This document shows positions 1 through 8,791 of a stretch of 64,000 nucleotides of DNA, one piece after another. The stretch comes from Acidobacteriota bacterium. GTDB lineage: Bacteria; Acidobacteriota; UBA6911; JACQSX01. The DNA is taken from NCBI GenBank assembly GCA_036507075.1, contig DASXQR010000167.1, forward strand, positions 13,516 through 77,515, given 5' to 3'. The notes under the pieces are model-generated. The model made no database searches and was not told the origin of the DNA. It saw nothing but the letters and a program-made list of their open reading frames with translations. Position 1 is the first letter of the stretch, and every line of letters begins with the position of its first letter. The translations under genes were made by a program, and so were the position numbers.

Positions 1-245
1 GGAGCCGGTATCCGCTTTAGGCGGGGGGCTGGCGGAGGCGAACCGAAACTGAGTTGCTTCTCGGTGAATTGCTCAAGACTCACAGGTTGGGGAGCATCCG
101 CAGGATGTGACATTTCGAGCCACCATTTCGCGCGCTCGAGGATTTTGATCCGGTTGGATAGCGTCTGATAGCCGAATTTCTGGTTTACCCAGGTTAGAAG
201 CTCCTCGACTTCAGAGTCGCGGCCTTCAATCAGGAGGCGGATCAT
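1..245 (-). CDS. hypothetical protein, partial (runs off the left edge)
   Basis: ATG at 245 opens a stop-free frame MIRLLIEGRDSEVEELLTWVNQKFGYQ... to base 1; not in the ORF track. Confidence 0.4.
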   Translation of the reverse strand, partial: MIRLLIEGRDSEVEELLTWVNQKFGYQTLSNRIKILERAKWWLEMSHPADAPQPVSLEQFTEKQLSFGSPPPAPRLKRIPA

Positions 246-345
246 TTTTCAGGCCATGATGGGCTTAGGCGACGAGGCTGTCAATACGTGATGGGATGGC
301 AGTATTGGATCAATAAGAAACCACCTTTTGACTGGATCTGTCAAT

Positions 346-675
346 ATTGCCCGAAGAGCACTTCAGGGAATGATCCGAGATTTCTGGAATGTCTCGCAAC
401 GTACTTTGAATCAATAAATTCAGGCGATCAAGGATAAGGTCGATCCGGAAATGTGGAATGCCATTGACGGCATTCGTAAGGTTGGAAATATCGGCACCCA
501 TATGGAAAAGGATGTGAATGTAATCGTCGATGTGGACCCGGGTGAGGCCGAGAAGCTCTTACGATTAATCGAAGTGTTAGTTGACGAGTGGTACGTGAGG
601 CGGGAAAACAAAAAGAAACGTATTGCAGACGTTACTGCACTTGCCGCCGAAAAAGACAAGGAGCGCGGATTATAA
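346..675 (+). pseudogene. DUF4145-like protein remnant
   Basis: Frame reads IARRALQGMIRDFWNVSQRTLNQ*IQAIKDKVDPEMWNAIDGIRKVGNIGTHMEKD; in-frame TAA at 415-417; N-terminus missing. Confidence 0.7.
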
Positions 676-959
676 ATGCTGAAAGGCCGCCGGCCTCAAC
701 GATGACGACCTTAAAACCCGGCGAATCCTTCTGGGCCGATTACAAAGCCGGCGGAAAGACCTGGCGGTTGATCGTCGAACAAGAGGTTGAGTCAGTATTG
801 CTGACAGTGGAGGCTCTCGCCAGCGCTGAAGTGCGAATCACGGGAAGGGCGGCGACCGTTGAGGGGGGCCAGCGGAAGTTGATTGAGGCTGCAGAGGCGA
901 TTCTCGGGCCGGCGACGGAAAAGGTGACGTGGGAGTTTACGAGCGCGAGGGCTTTGTGA
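675..959 (+). CDS. small hypothetical protein
   Basis: 3' part of ORF 588..959 (MTTLKPGESFWADY...); start uncertain; no recognised motif. Confidence 0.35.
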   Translation, partial: NAERPPASTMTTLKPGESFWADYKAGGKTWRLIVEQEVESVLLTVEALASAEVRITGRAATVEGGQRKLIEAAEAILGPATEKVTWEFTSARAL

Positions 960-1342
960 GCGGAGAGCGGAAGGAAGGGCACGAGTTCCACAAGCATTAC
1001 CGCGGTGCCTTCATTGCGTTATCCGCAACGATTATTTCCCTGTCGTCCGGCTGCATCTATTCGCTGCGAACCTCTCCACCAAGGTTTTTCTGGATTTCGC
1101 TTACCCTCCAGTTGCTTTTTGGACTCGCCGTGATGAGTGGACTTTTCGGTCAGTACCTTCACATGCTCGGGTACCGAGACCAAGCCAGATCCTATTTCCA
1201 GGAGGGCGAGTGGCCTAAAAAAGCTTTAACCGATAGCTCCAATTTGTTTTTTCGTAGGCTTGATAAGCTGATGCCTGGTTTATTCTGGGGCTTCATTGGT
1301 CTTTTGGTTTTGTTTGGCCTGGTACGCGGGCTGGAATTATGA
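929..1342 (+). CDS. hypothetical membrane protein
   Basis: 137 aa with three hydrophobic segments. Confidence 0.5.
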   Translation: MGVYEREGFVSGERKEGHEFHKHYRGAFIALSATIISLSSGCIYSLRTSPPRFFWISLTLQLLFGLAVMSGLFGQYLHMLGYRDQARSYFQEGEWPKKALTDSSNLFFRRLDKLMPGLFWGFIGLLVLFGLVRGLEL

Positions 1343-1546
1343 AGCTATGCTGAAGTCCGGCATCCGCTCCTGCAACGTCTGCCTCAGCATCATCCCTCCC
1401 GGCGCTTGGTTCCATCACGAAGTCTTTCATCCTGAACCTGGTCGAGCCGAGGCCAGGTTCCAACGCGCCACTGGAATGGACTCCGGGTGAGCCTGTGTTT
1501 TGGCAACATGGACTCACCGAAGCATTTCTAGTACTCTCTATCCGCT

Positions 1547-2014
1547 ATGGTCAAACCGAAGCCGATTGTGCAGGTGGCGTGTATCTGTGAGCGTTTTCTT
1601 CAAGAGCCCGATAACGTAATCAGCGTTATCAGGGTCATCGACGTTGTAAACCTTAAGCAGGTTGCGATTCCGGCAACGAGTCCGGATGCCAAGCCCTCAC
1701 AAGCCATGGTTCATGTGATGGACTTTGCGATCGTCGTGGCACTGAAGGCAGGCGACCTTACCGGCGAATTTCGCATTTCGATTGTTATGGAAGATCCCAA
1801 GGGGAAGCGGGTCACTGTGATGAATGATTTACCCGTAGCGCTGAAGGGCGATGACGGCGTGAATGCGGTAGTCCGCTTTGGACTTCCCTTCAATGCTCCA
1901 CCTGGACGGTACTGGTTTGACGTGATCTGGGATAGCGAGGTTTTGACCAGAATTCCACTCAGGCTTAAACGGGAAGAAGGGGAACAGGGGGCGGCTTTAG
2001 CCACGCCGCATTAG
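1547..2014 (+). CDS. DUF6941-like beta-rich hypothetical protein
   Basis: KPIVQVACICERFLQEPDNVISVIRVID N-terminus and GRYWFDVIWDSEVLTRIPLRL C-terminus. Confidence 0.55.
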   Translation: MVKPKPIVQVACICERFLQEPDNVISVIRVIDVVNLKQVAIPATSPDAKPSQAMVHVMDFAIVVALKAGDLTGEFRISIVMEDPKGKRVTVMNDLPVALKGDDGVNAVVRFGLPFNAPPGRYWFDVIWDSEVLTRIPLRLKREEGEQGAALATPH

Positions 2015-2315
2015 AAGTTGAGAATTCCCACGCCCTGTTCAGTGGGATGACTGGCTCGACGGGTTGGGTGACTGACTGTTTGATGTTGTTCAGAAGTGCG
2101 AGAAATTGGCGACGAAGTTCTGCCTCGTCGATCACGTGATCGTCGCGTTCTGAAAGCAACGCATGGATCGAAGACACGAGAGCGATGGTTTCTTGGCTGC
2201 TGTCCCTGTGCATGCTCCAGCTGGCCGGAGCCAACCAGTCTTCGAACTGCAGAAGCGAAATATCGTTTCTCCAGACCGCCGCTAGCTTTTCTCGAATGTC
2301 GACTTCGCGAATCAT
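1965..2315 (-). CDS. helical hypothetical protein
   Basis: MIREVDIREKL...ISLLQFEDWLAPASW; GGGAG RBS before ATG at 2315. Confidence 0.55.
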   Translation of the reverse strand: MIREVDIREKLAAVWRNDISLLQFEDWLAPASWSMHRDSSQETIALVSSIHALLSERDDHVIDEAELRRQFLALLNNIKQSVTQPVEPVIPLNRAWEFSTSNAAWLKPPPVPLLPV

Positions 2316-2748
2316 GACTGCTCCCATACTGCCAACAGTAAGGGTAGATCTGTGGGAGCTTCGTTGTCACTACAAAAAGGCTCACTATCCGCAACGCATT
2401 GCGCAAAATGAGTTTAGGGAAGAGCGAGGCAAGCCGCGTACAGCACACCAGAAATATAATCTTGGTCCGGGTGGAGTCAGCATTACCGTTTATTACTACG
2501 ACAGGATTACAAAAGACCAACTGTTAGAGGTTCATCGGCTTGAACGATCGGACGGCACACTTGGACATCGAAAGCCTGACCCCAAAATTGTGGTTCATAA
2601 TGGAGTGATATATCGGCGACACGGTGGATCCGATGATATCCTGCGCGAACCTGAACTTCGATACCGCTGGATATGGCAGAGAAAGATTTACGGTTTGTGG
2701 CGTAAAGCGCGTTGTTTCTTTTTTGGTCCGATGCACCGTGCTGAATAG
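2314..2748 (+). CDS. hypothetical protein
   Basis: Part of ORF 2185..2748 containing EVHRLERSDGTLGHRKPDPKIVVHNGVIY; start uncertain. Confidence 0.5.
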   Translation: MTAPILPTVRVDLWELRCHYKKAHYPQRIAQNEFREERGKPRTAHQKYNLGPGGVSITVYYYDRITKDQLLEVHRLERSDGTLGHRKPDPKIVVHNGVIYRRHGGSDDILREPELRYRWIWQRKIYGLWRKARCFFFGPMHRAE

Positions 2749-3218
2749 CTCTCATTTTTCCATTCAGGCCAACCGCGTTTTAAATAGGATCATCCCTCCC
2801 GGCGTTCTGAGAGTACTCCGCAGGCGTTGGGTATTTCACGGGAAGGGACGGCGTCAAAAGCGGCCACGCACGCGATGAAGCTTGTTCTTAAAGAATTTCC
2901 CGATCTCAAAGAACGCTTTTGGAATGATCTCCCAAGGGACGTGAGGGAAGACTTAACGGGTTGACTGAGTGCCCCGCCGATTCCCGATTCTCCATAGCGG
3001 ACCTCCAGCCCCGAGTGCTCAAGCTCGGCTCGCTGCTACGAGTGTCGTACATCCTTGCCAAATAGCAGTGGCGCTTTTCGGCGATATCCAAACCTTGTCC
3101 AAGACTTAGTCTGCGAGTGTGAAATACCGCCTGATTTCCAGCCAACGCCAACCAAAACACAAACAGTAAAGCCCTCGGTAACTCACTGAATCCCAAGGGC
3201 TTTCTGTTATGCTTTATT

Positions 3219-3275
3219 GGACTTAAAATCCTGGGCCCCGAAAGGGGCGTACCGGTTCGATTCCGGTCCCGGGCA
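3219..3275 (+). pseudogene. 3' fragment of tRNA-Leu(TAA); probable att site
   Basis: GGA-CTTAAAA-TCC anticodon arm, GCCCCGAAAGGGGC variable arm, ACCGG-TTCGATT-CCGGT T arm, CCCGGGCA acceptor 3' strand; no D arm or 5' acceptor strand upstream. Confidence 0.85.
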
Positions 3276-3363
3276 TTCTAAATCCACGACTTAGCGCGTC
3301 TGGCAATTTTGCCAACTGAGCGCCGAGTGGCACCTTTGCTTGAAACCTGGCCTGAGACTGGAT

Positions 3364-3590
3364 TTACTGTGCGTCGTACGCTTTCTGCAGACCTGCAATG
3401 TCGATTTTCTTCATTTCGAGCATGGCTCGCATGACGCGCTGCGATTTCTCGGGATCAGGATCATTCAGCATCTCGCCAAGGATGGTGGGATTGATTTGCC
3501 ATGACAAACCATACTTGTCTTTCACCCAGCCGCACGGCCCTTCTTCTCCACCTTCGGAGAGCTTTGCCAAAAACCTGTCTACTTGATACG
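3364..3590 (-). pseudogene. VOC/PhnB-family protein, C-terminal fragment
   Basis: GGEEGPCGWVKDKYGLSWQINP...AMLEMKKIDIAGL is the family C-terminus; N-terminal part absent. Confidence 0.75.
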
Positions 3591-3692
3591 TAGAAATTCG
3601 CCGCCGCCTCCGCTTGAGTGTCGAACCACAGGAATGGAGTGATTTTCTACATTCAGGCATTCCTCCTTGTCATGACACGCGGTAGATTTCCC

Positions 3693-3752
3693 TTGACACG
3701 CATTCTGAATTCATTTAGTTAGTTGATCGTTCAAGTGACAACTAAACTAACT
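3693..3752 (+). promoter_or_regulatory. putative promoter/operator of the TetR gene
   Basis: TTGACA at 3693-3698; imperfect palindrome TTGAtcgtTCAA at 3723-3734 flanked by TAGTT/AACTA inverted elements. Confidence 0.45.
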
Positions 3753-4406
3753 ATGGCTCAGAGGCCCTCCACGCGCGACCGCATTCTCCAGTCGGCGATG
3801 GATCTTTTCTGGGAGAAAGGCTTCGCGAATACCGGCATGGCGGAACTGTTGCGCAGGGCGAGGGTCAACAGCGGCAGCTTTTACTACTTCTTCAAGAGCA
3901 AGGAGGATCTATTGCTGGCGGTGCTGGATCGATATGCGGAGATTTTGCATCCCGTGTTGCTCGCACCCGTTTGGAAGAAAACCGCAGAGCCGGTGGAGCG
4001 TATCTTTGGTCTTCTGGCACGTTATCGCGAGCTGATTGTAAGGAGCAACTGCACTTACGGCTGCCCCATCGGAAGACTGGCCCTGGAGATCGACCCCGCC
4101 CAGCGGGAAGTCCACAGAAGGATTGCAATGAATTTTGAAGGATGGGCCGATGCCGTGCAAAAGTGCCTCGAAGAGACCGCCGGAAGGCTGCCGCCAGATA
4201 TCAACCGGAAAAAGCTATCCCGGTTTGTGCTGACGGTCATGGAAGGAGGAGTGATGCTGTCGCGTTCTCAGCGGAGCGTCAAGCCATTCGATATGGCTGT
4301 CGAACAATTGCGTGACTACTTCAACCGCCTGCGGTCCTCAAGACGAGCTGTCACACGGCGGAGAAGGACTTCAAACAGGAAACGTGTAAATCGGAGGCAT
4401 TCATGA
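3753..4406 (+). CDS. TetR/AcrR family transcriptional regulator
   Basis: TRDRILQSAMDLFWEKGF...GSFYYFFKSKEDL HTH and GCPIG motif. Confidence 0.92.
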   Translation: MAQRPSTRDRILQSAMDLFWEKGFANTGMAELLRRARVNSGSFYYFFKSKEDLLLAVLDRYAEILHPVLLAPVWKKTAEPVERIFGLLARYRELIVRSNCTYGCPIGRLALEIDPAQREVHRRIAMNFEGWADAVQKCLEETAGRLPPDINRKKLSRFVLTVMEGGVMLSRSQRSVKPFDMAVEQLRDYFNRLRSSRRAVTRRRRTSNRKRVNRRHS

Positions 4407-5461
4407 ATCACCGAAAGAACATCCGGCCGACACTGATGGCGGTTTTGATACTCGTCGCTGCTTCATTCTCGCCGCTTGCGGCGGCAGGCGAACAGGTAAT
4501 GAGGCTTTCGGATTTTTCCTTCCTGGCCGGCAGATGGTCCGGCCAGATAAAGGCCGGCAAAGTCGAACAGGAATGGTCAACGGCGCAGGCAGGCCTGATG
4601 ATGGGGATGTTTCACCTGTACGACAACGACAAGACTCTGGTCCTTGAGTTCATGTCCTTGAGGCAGACACCGGAGAGCGTTGTATTGCACCTGCGCCATT
4701 TCAGCCCGGACCTGAAAACTTTGCAAAAAGACGACGCCATCCAGCTTCGCGGCATCAAGCGCGAGGATGACAGTTTTTTCTTTGAAAACCCCGTGCACAA
4801 CAGCCCGAAACGCAGCACCATAAAGCGCCTCGGGAAGGACCATCTTCTCAATCGGGCTGAAATTATCCGTGATGACGGATCTGTCAATGTCATCGAAGTC
4901 GAACTGCGACGAATCCTGTCCGAGAGCCAATCTTTGCCGACGGATGTAGTCAATACCTCGTATGTGACGCCCGCCGCGGAGAGAGTGCTTCGTCACGAAG
5001 TGATTGTTAACACTACGTTGGAAGATGCCTGGAAGGCGCTGACAACTTCGGAAGGGCTAAAGTCTTTTATGGCTCCTACAGCCGAAGTGGAGTTGAGAGA
5101 AGGCGGAAAATTTCACTCCAACTATACGGTCGGAAGCAAGCTCGGTGATCCCGGCACGATCTATAATCAAGTCTTAAGCTTCATTCCTATGAAGATGTTT
5201 TCCATCAAGATCGGCCTGACCGATCAATTCCCCGCCGAGCCGCGCCAGGCAGGAACACTCTTCGCGGTTCTTGAATTCGAAGATCTGGGAAACAACAAGG
5301 TAAGGGTTATCGAGTCCATGATCGGCTGGAAGACGGGCCCTGACTGGGACAAGACCTATGAGTTTTTCAATCGGGGCAACGCGTACACATTGAAAAAGCT
5401 GCAGCAACGATTCGTGGAAGGACCTGTGAACTGGAATAAAGCGGGGGCGCCCAAGAAATAA
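4403..5461 (+). CDS. exported DUF6265-like + SRPBCC (AHSA1-like) fusion protein
   Basis: Signal peptide; FLAGRWSG...EQEWS N-domain; ERVLRHEVIVN...AWKALTTSEGL C-domain; ATGA overlap with TetR. Confidence 0.7.
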   Translation: MNHRKNIRPTLMAVLILVAASFSPLAAAGEQVMRLSDFSFLAGRWSGQIKAGKVEQEWSTAQAGLMMGMFHLYDNDKTLVLEFMSLRQTPESVVLHLRHFSPDLKTLQKDDAIQLRGIKREDDSFFFENPVHNSPKRSTIKRLGKDHLLNRAEIIRDDGSVNVIEVELRRILSESQSLPTDVVNTSYVTPAAERVLRHEVIVNTTLEDAWKALTTSEGLKSFMAPTAEVELREGGKFHSNYTVGSKLGDPGTIYNQVLSFIPMKMFSIKIGLTDQFPAEPRQAGTLFAVLEFEDLGNNKVRVIESMIGWKTGPDWDKTYEFFNRGNAYTLKKLQQRFVEGPVNWNKAGAPKK

Positions 5462-5669
5462 GGGCGCATCCTAAGGCGGATCAATCACAAGTATTCATCG
5501 CAGTCGCATCTCAGCAATCCACCCGTTGTCGCCGGCCGCCGGCTGCCGCCGATTGCGAGGTCGTACTCCGCTTTAAGCAGATGCACATCCGGCCGCAGCC
5601 GCCGGTCCAGGGCCTTCGCGGCGCCCGGATGGCCCGTCGGCGCGGCGCGCACGAGACGAAACCGGAATC

Positions 5670-6578
5670 CTACTTCTCCGGCTTCAGGAACGTCCCCTGC
5701 CTGAGTTGCTCGAAGGCTTGGCGCAGTTGCTCCTGCGTGTTCATCACGATCGGGCCGTACCACGCTACGGGCTCCTGGAGTGGCTTACCCGAGACCAGCA
5801 GGAATCGGATCCCGTCGTCCCCGGCCTGTACCGAAACTTCGTCACCGCTGTCGAAAAGCACCAGCGACCGATTATCGGCTTCTTGCGGGGGCGCCGTATC
5901 CGACCAGCCGACCCCCTCAGTGGGTACGGCCAGAGGGCCTGAAGCGTTACAGAATTTCCCCGCGCCTGCAAAAACGTAAGCGAAGGCGTGGCGAGTGGTC
6001 TCAATCGGGAGCGTCTTTCGCTTGCCCGGCGGCACGGACACGTCAAGATATATCGGGTCGGCCGCGATCCCAACTACGGGACCGGTCTTTCCCCAGAAAG
6101 TTCCACAGACGACCCGGGCCTGGGTGCCATCGTCATCCGTTATGTGCGGGATTTCTGCGGCCTTGACCTCCTGATATCTGGGCGCGGTCATTTTGAGCGC
6201 CGACGGGAGGTTCGCCCATAATTGGAAGCCGTGCATCCGGCCCGCCTGGTCGCCTTTCGGCATCTCCTGATGGATGATCCCTCGCCCGGCCGTCATCCAT
6301 TGGATGTCGCCGGTGGCGATGGCGCCGCGGTTCCCCATGCTGTCGCCGTGCTCGACCGTTCCCGCCAGGACGTAGGTGATCGTTTCAATGCCGCGGTGGG
6401 GATGCCACGGAAAACCGGCCAGGTAATCGTCCGGAATGTCGTTGCGGAAATCGTCGAGAAGAAGGAATGGGTCAAAGTCGGACGTGTTGCCGAAGCCGAA
6501 AGCGCGCCTGAGGTGGACGCCCGCGCCTTCGAGAGTCGGCTTTGCCTTGATCAGTCGTTTGACCGGTCGGATCGACAC
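5670..6578 (-). CDS. pirin family protein
   Basis: DPFLLLD, GFPWHPHRGIETITY, QWMTAGRGIIHQEMP, YGPIVMNT. Confidence 0.95.
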   Translation of the reverse strand: MSIRPVKRLIKAKPTLEGAGVHLRRAFGFGNTSDFDPFLLLDDFRNDIPDDYLAGFPWHPHRGIETITYVLAGTVEHGDSMGNRGAIATGDIQWMTAGRGIIHQEMPKGDQAGRMHGFQLWANLPSALKMTAPRYQEVKAAEIPHITDDDGTQARVVCGTFWGKTGPVVGIAADPIYLDVSVPPGKRKTLPIETTRHAFAYVFAGAGKFCNASGPLAVPTEGVGWSDTAPPQEADNRSLVLFDSGDEVSVQAGDDGIRFLLVSGKPLQEPVAWYGPIVMNTQEQLRQAFEQLRQGTFLKPEK

Positions 6579-6618
6579 GTTAACCTCCAGGGTTGAGATC
6601 TAATCCTACAATATTATA

Positions 6619-6974
6619 AGGACTTCACCACAGAGGCACAGCCCGGCAGAGCCGCAACCAAACGCGTCATCGGTCATTGGTCATTATTGGTCATTAGTTG
6701 AAAGAATCTTGCTAAAAAACAAGAAATCGCGAACAGGTTGCAGAGCGCAGCAGAGCTGCAACCAAAAGGCAGAAGCTGTCCGATGTCAGCCCGCTTTCAG
6801 CGGGCTTTTTGCTTTTCGGTTAGCCCCGGCTTTCAAGCCGGGGTAGCCGACATGGGAAAGCTTTCAACAATCACCTCCTCAAGACACCGAGACAAACTAC
6901 GTACCGGAGATATGCTGATCACTGGAAATTAAAAAGTTGCCTCTGTGTCCTCTGTGCCTCCGTGGTGAAGTCCT
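6619..6974. repeat. composite REP-like element with nested inserts
   Basis: 23-bp inverted arms at 6619-6641 and 6952-6974 (1 mismatch) enclosing two GCyGCAACCAAA-headed units (6651, 6755). Confidence 0.75.
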
Positions 6975-7911
6975 ATTCAGCAGCCGGCTGGTGCAATCTG
7001 GACCGAGAATGAGAGCGCTCATGGGGCCGACGGCCGCCAGGTCGCCTGGTCTCGGTGACCGCTGCGTCTAATCGTGCCCCGAGCGCGGCGAAGGCGGGCG
7101 TGGGGCCCTTCCATCGCAGTTGGTCCACGTCGTCGAAAAGCGCGATGTCGGTCCGGAGGGTGGCGAGCGTTCGGAACAGCAGCGCGCGCTCGCGCTCGCG
7201 CTCGAGCTTGTGGGCGAGGGCACTCGGGTTGACGACGTTCACGCGCCACTCGCGCCAGTCCGTGGGGATGGATTCGAGATGGGCAAACCTGGCGAGAACA
7301 GCAGCCGACGACTTCGCTCCCCAGCCTGACAGGCCCGGATAGCCGTCGGACGCATCGCCGACCAGCGCGAGGTAGTCGGGTATCGACGCCGGCGAGACGC
7401 CGAATTTTTGGATCACGCCGGATTCATCGCGCGTGACGCGCGTCCGACGATTCAGTTGGACAATGCGAGTGCCGCGCACGCATTGCGCGAGGTCCTTGTC
7501 CGGCGTGCAGATAATCACCCGTTCGACTCGCGAGTCACGAGCCGCCGCCATCGCCGCGGCAGCGAGCGCATCGTCCGCCTCGAACTCAACCATCGGCCAG
7601 ACGACGATGCCGGCCGCCGAAAGGGCGTCTTCGAGCAGTGAGAACTGCGCCAGCAGGTCGGGTTCGACGCCTGCGCTGGTTTTGTAGCCTGGCCACAGTC
7701 CATTGCGGAACGACTCGATGACGTGATCGGTCGCAGCGGCGAGGTGCGTGGCACCGTCGCTGATCATGCCCAGCACCGATGCGAGTACGCCTCGGACCGC
7801 GGCGACCTCGCAACCGTCCTGATCCCGTGCGGATGGCAGCGCGTAGTAATGCCGGAACAACTCGTATGTGCCGTCGACCAGATGAACGTCCAGGGAGCGC
7901 CTCCAGCACAA
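6973..7911 (-). CDS. stand-alone 5'-3' exonuclease / flap endonuclease
   Basis: LVDGTYELFR, FEADDAL, TPDKDL, DYLALVGDASDGYPG; start uncertain. Confidence 0.92.
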   Translation of the reverse strand: MCWRRSLDVHLVDGTYELFRHYYALPSARDQDGCEVAAVRGVLASVLGMISDGATHLAAATDHVIESFRNGLWPGYKTSAGVEPDLLAQFSLLEDALSAAGIVVWPMVEFEADDALAAAAMAAARDSRVERVIICTPDKDLAQCVRGTRIVQLNRRTRVTRDESGVIQKFGVSPASIPDYLALVGDASDGYPGLSGWGAKSSAAVLARFAHLESIPTDWREWRVNVVNPSALAHKLERERERALLFRTLATLRTDIALFDDVDQLRWKGPTPAFAALGARLDAAVTETRRPGGRRPHERSHSRSRLHQPAAE

Positions 7912-7936
7912 CCTTATAGGACCGGCGTCGTCTTAA

Positions 7937-8275
7937 TCAACTGGGCAGGCAGGATCCGTCCATCGCCCGGCCTGGCGCCACAGAGTAGTCGTTCGCGGCG
8001 TGAAGGAGCATGACGGGAACGGTTGTCTTGCGAACCGCCGTCAACAGACGCTCGCGTGTTTCGGACGAGCCTTCCCAAGAACCAGCAGCGGCGCCGAAAG
8101 TCACCGCGGCTCGTAGGCTGCTGTCGCGCTCGGCGGCGAGAAGGGTGAGCTGACCACCAAATGAGTGCCCTGCGACTGCAATGCGGTGAGCGTCGACTTC
8201 GCGCAGGCCTTTCAGGAACGATAAACCTGCGCTCACATCGTCGAGGTGATCCGTCGTCAGCAAGACGAACTGCAA
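7937..8275 (-). pseudogene. dienelactone-hydrolase-like alpha/beta hydrolase fragment
   Basis: RIAVAGHSFGG elbow and PVMLLHAAND; both ends missing. Confidence 0.7.
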
Positions 8276-8367
8276 GTGCTTACGATTTGATAATGCTCGG
8301 CATCACCGAACTACAAAACCGCTACGTCCGAACCGTCATCAAAAATGCAGCACAAGTAGCGGATAAC

Positions 8368-8634
8368 ATGAATAAGACTTCACGACGATTCAGTCTTCTT
8401 GCTCTTCTAATATCCATCGCAGCACTCGGCGTCTCTTGGAATAGTAATCGATCAACCACTTATTGGATGAAGAATCAGTTGTCTATCCTTCAGCAAGCAA
8501 TCAAAAATCAGGAACAAATCCGAACCTCCCTGATTCAACAAAACCAGATTCAAAGCAATATCCTCAGCCAACTCGAAAAACTCAACTCGTCAAATCAACG
8601 GCGGGAAACTGCCGATCAGCCACGAAAGCGTTAG
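8368..8634 (+). CDS. small membrane-anchored Gln/Asn-rich coiled-coil protein
   Basis: MNKTSRRFSLLALLISIAALGVSW then a heptad-like Q/N/I/L tail; AT-richer than flanks. Confidence 0.45.
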   Translation: MNKTSRRFSLLALLISIAALGVSWNSNRSTTYWMKNQLSILQQAIKNQEQIRTSLIQQNQIQSNILSQLEKLNSSNQRRETADQPRKR

Positions 8635-8791
8635 CGGCTGTTTCCATGCAGGCGCAGCTCATCAACCGAAAATACCAACTTCATCTCGGCAAATGAACAT
8701 GCTCTCGAATGGAATCGTCTCTAAAAAACAACCAGCGTTAGCAAGCCAGTCCTGAACCAAAATCTCAAAGTGAAACGTGAACCGGAGAGTG

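Noticed and set aside
3190..3275. Intact or intron-split tRNA-Leu
   Set aside because: Anticodon loop is uninterrupted and I found no 5' half upstream in the window
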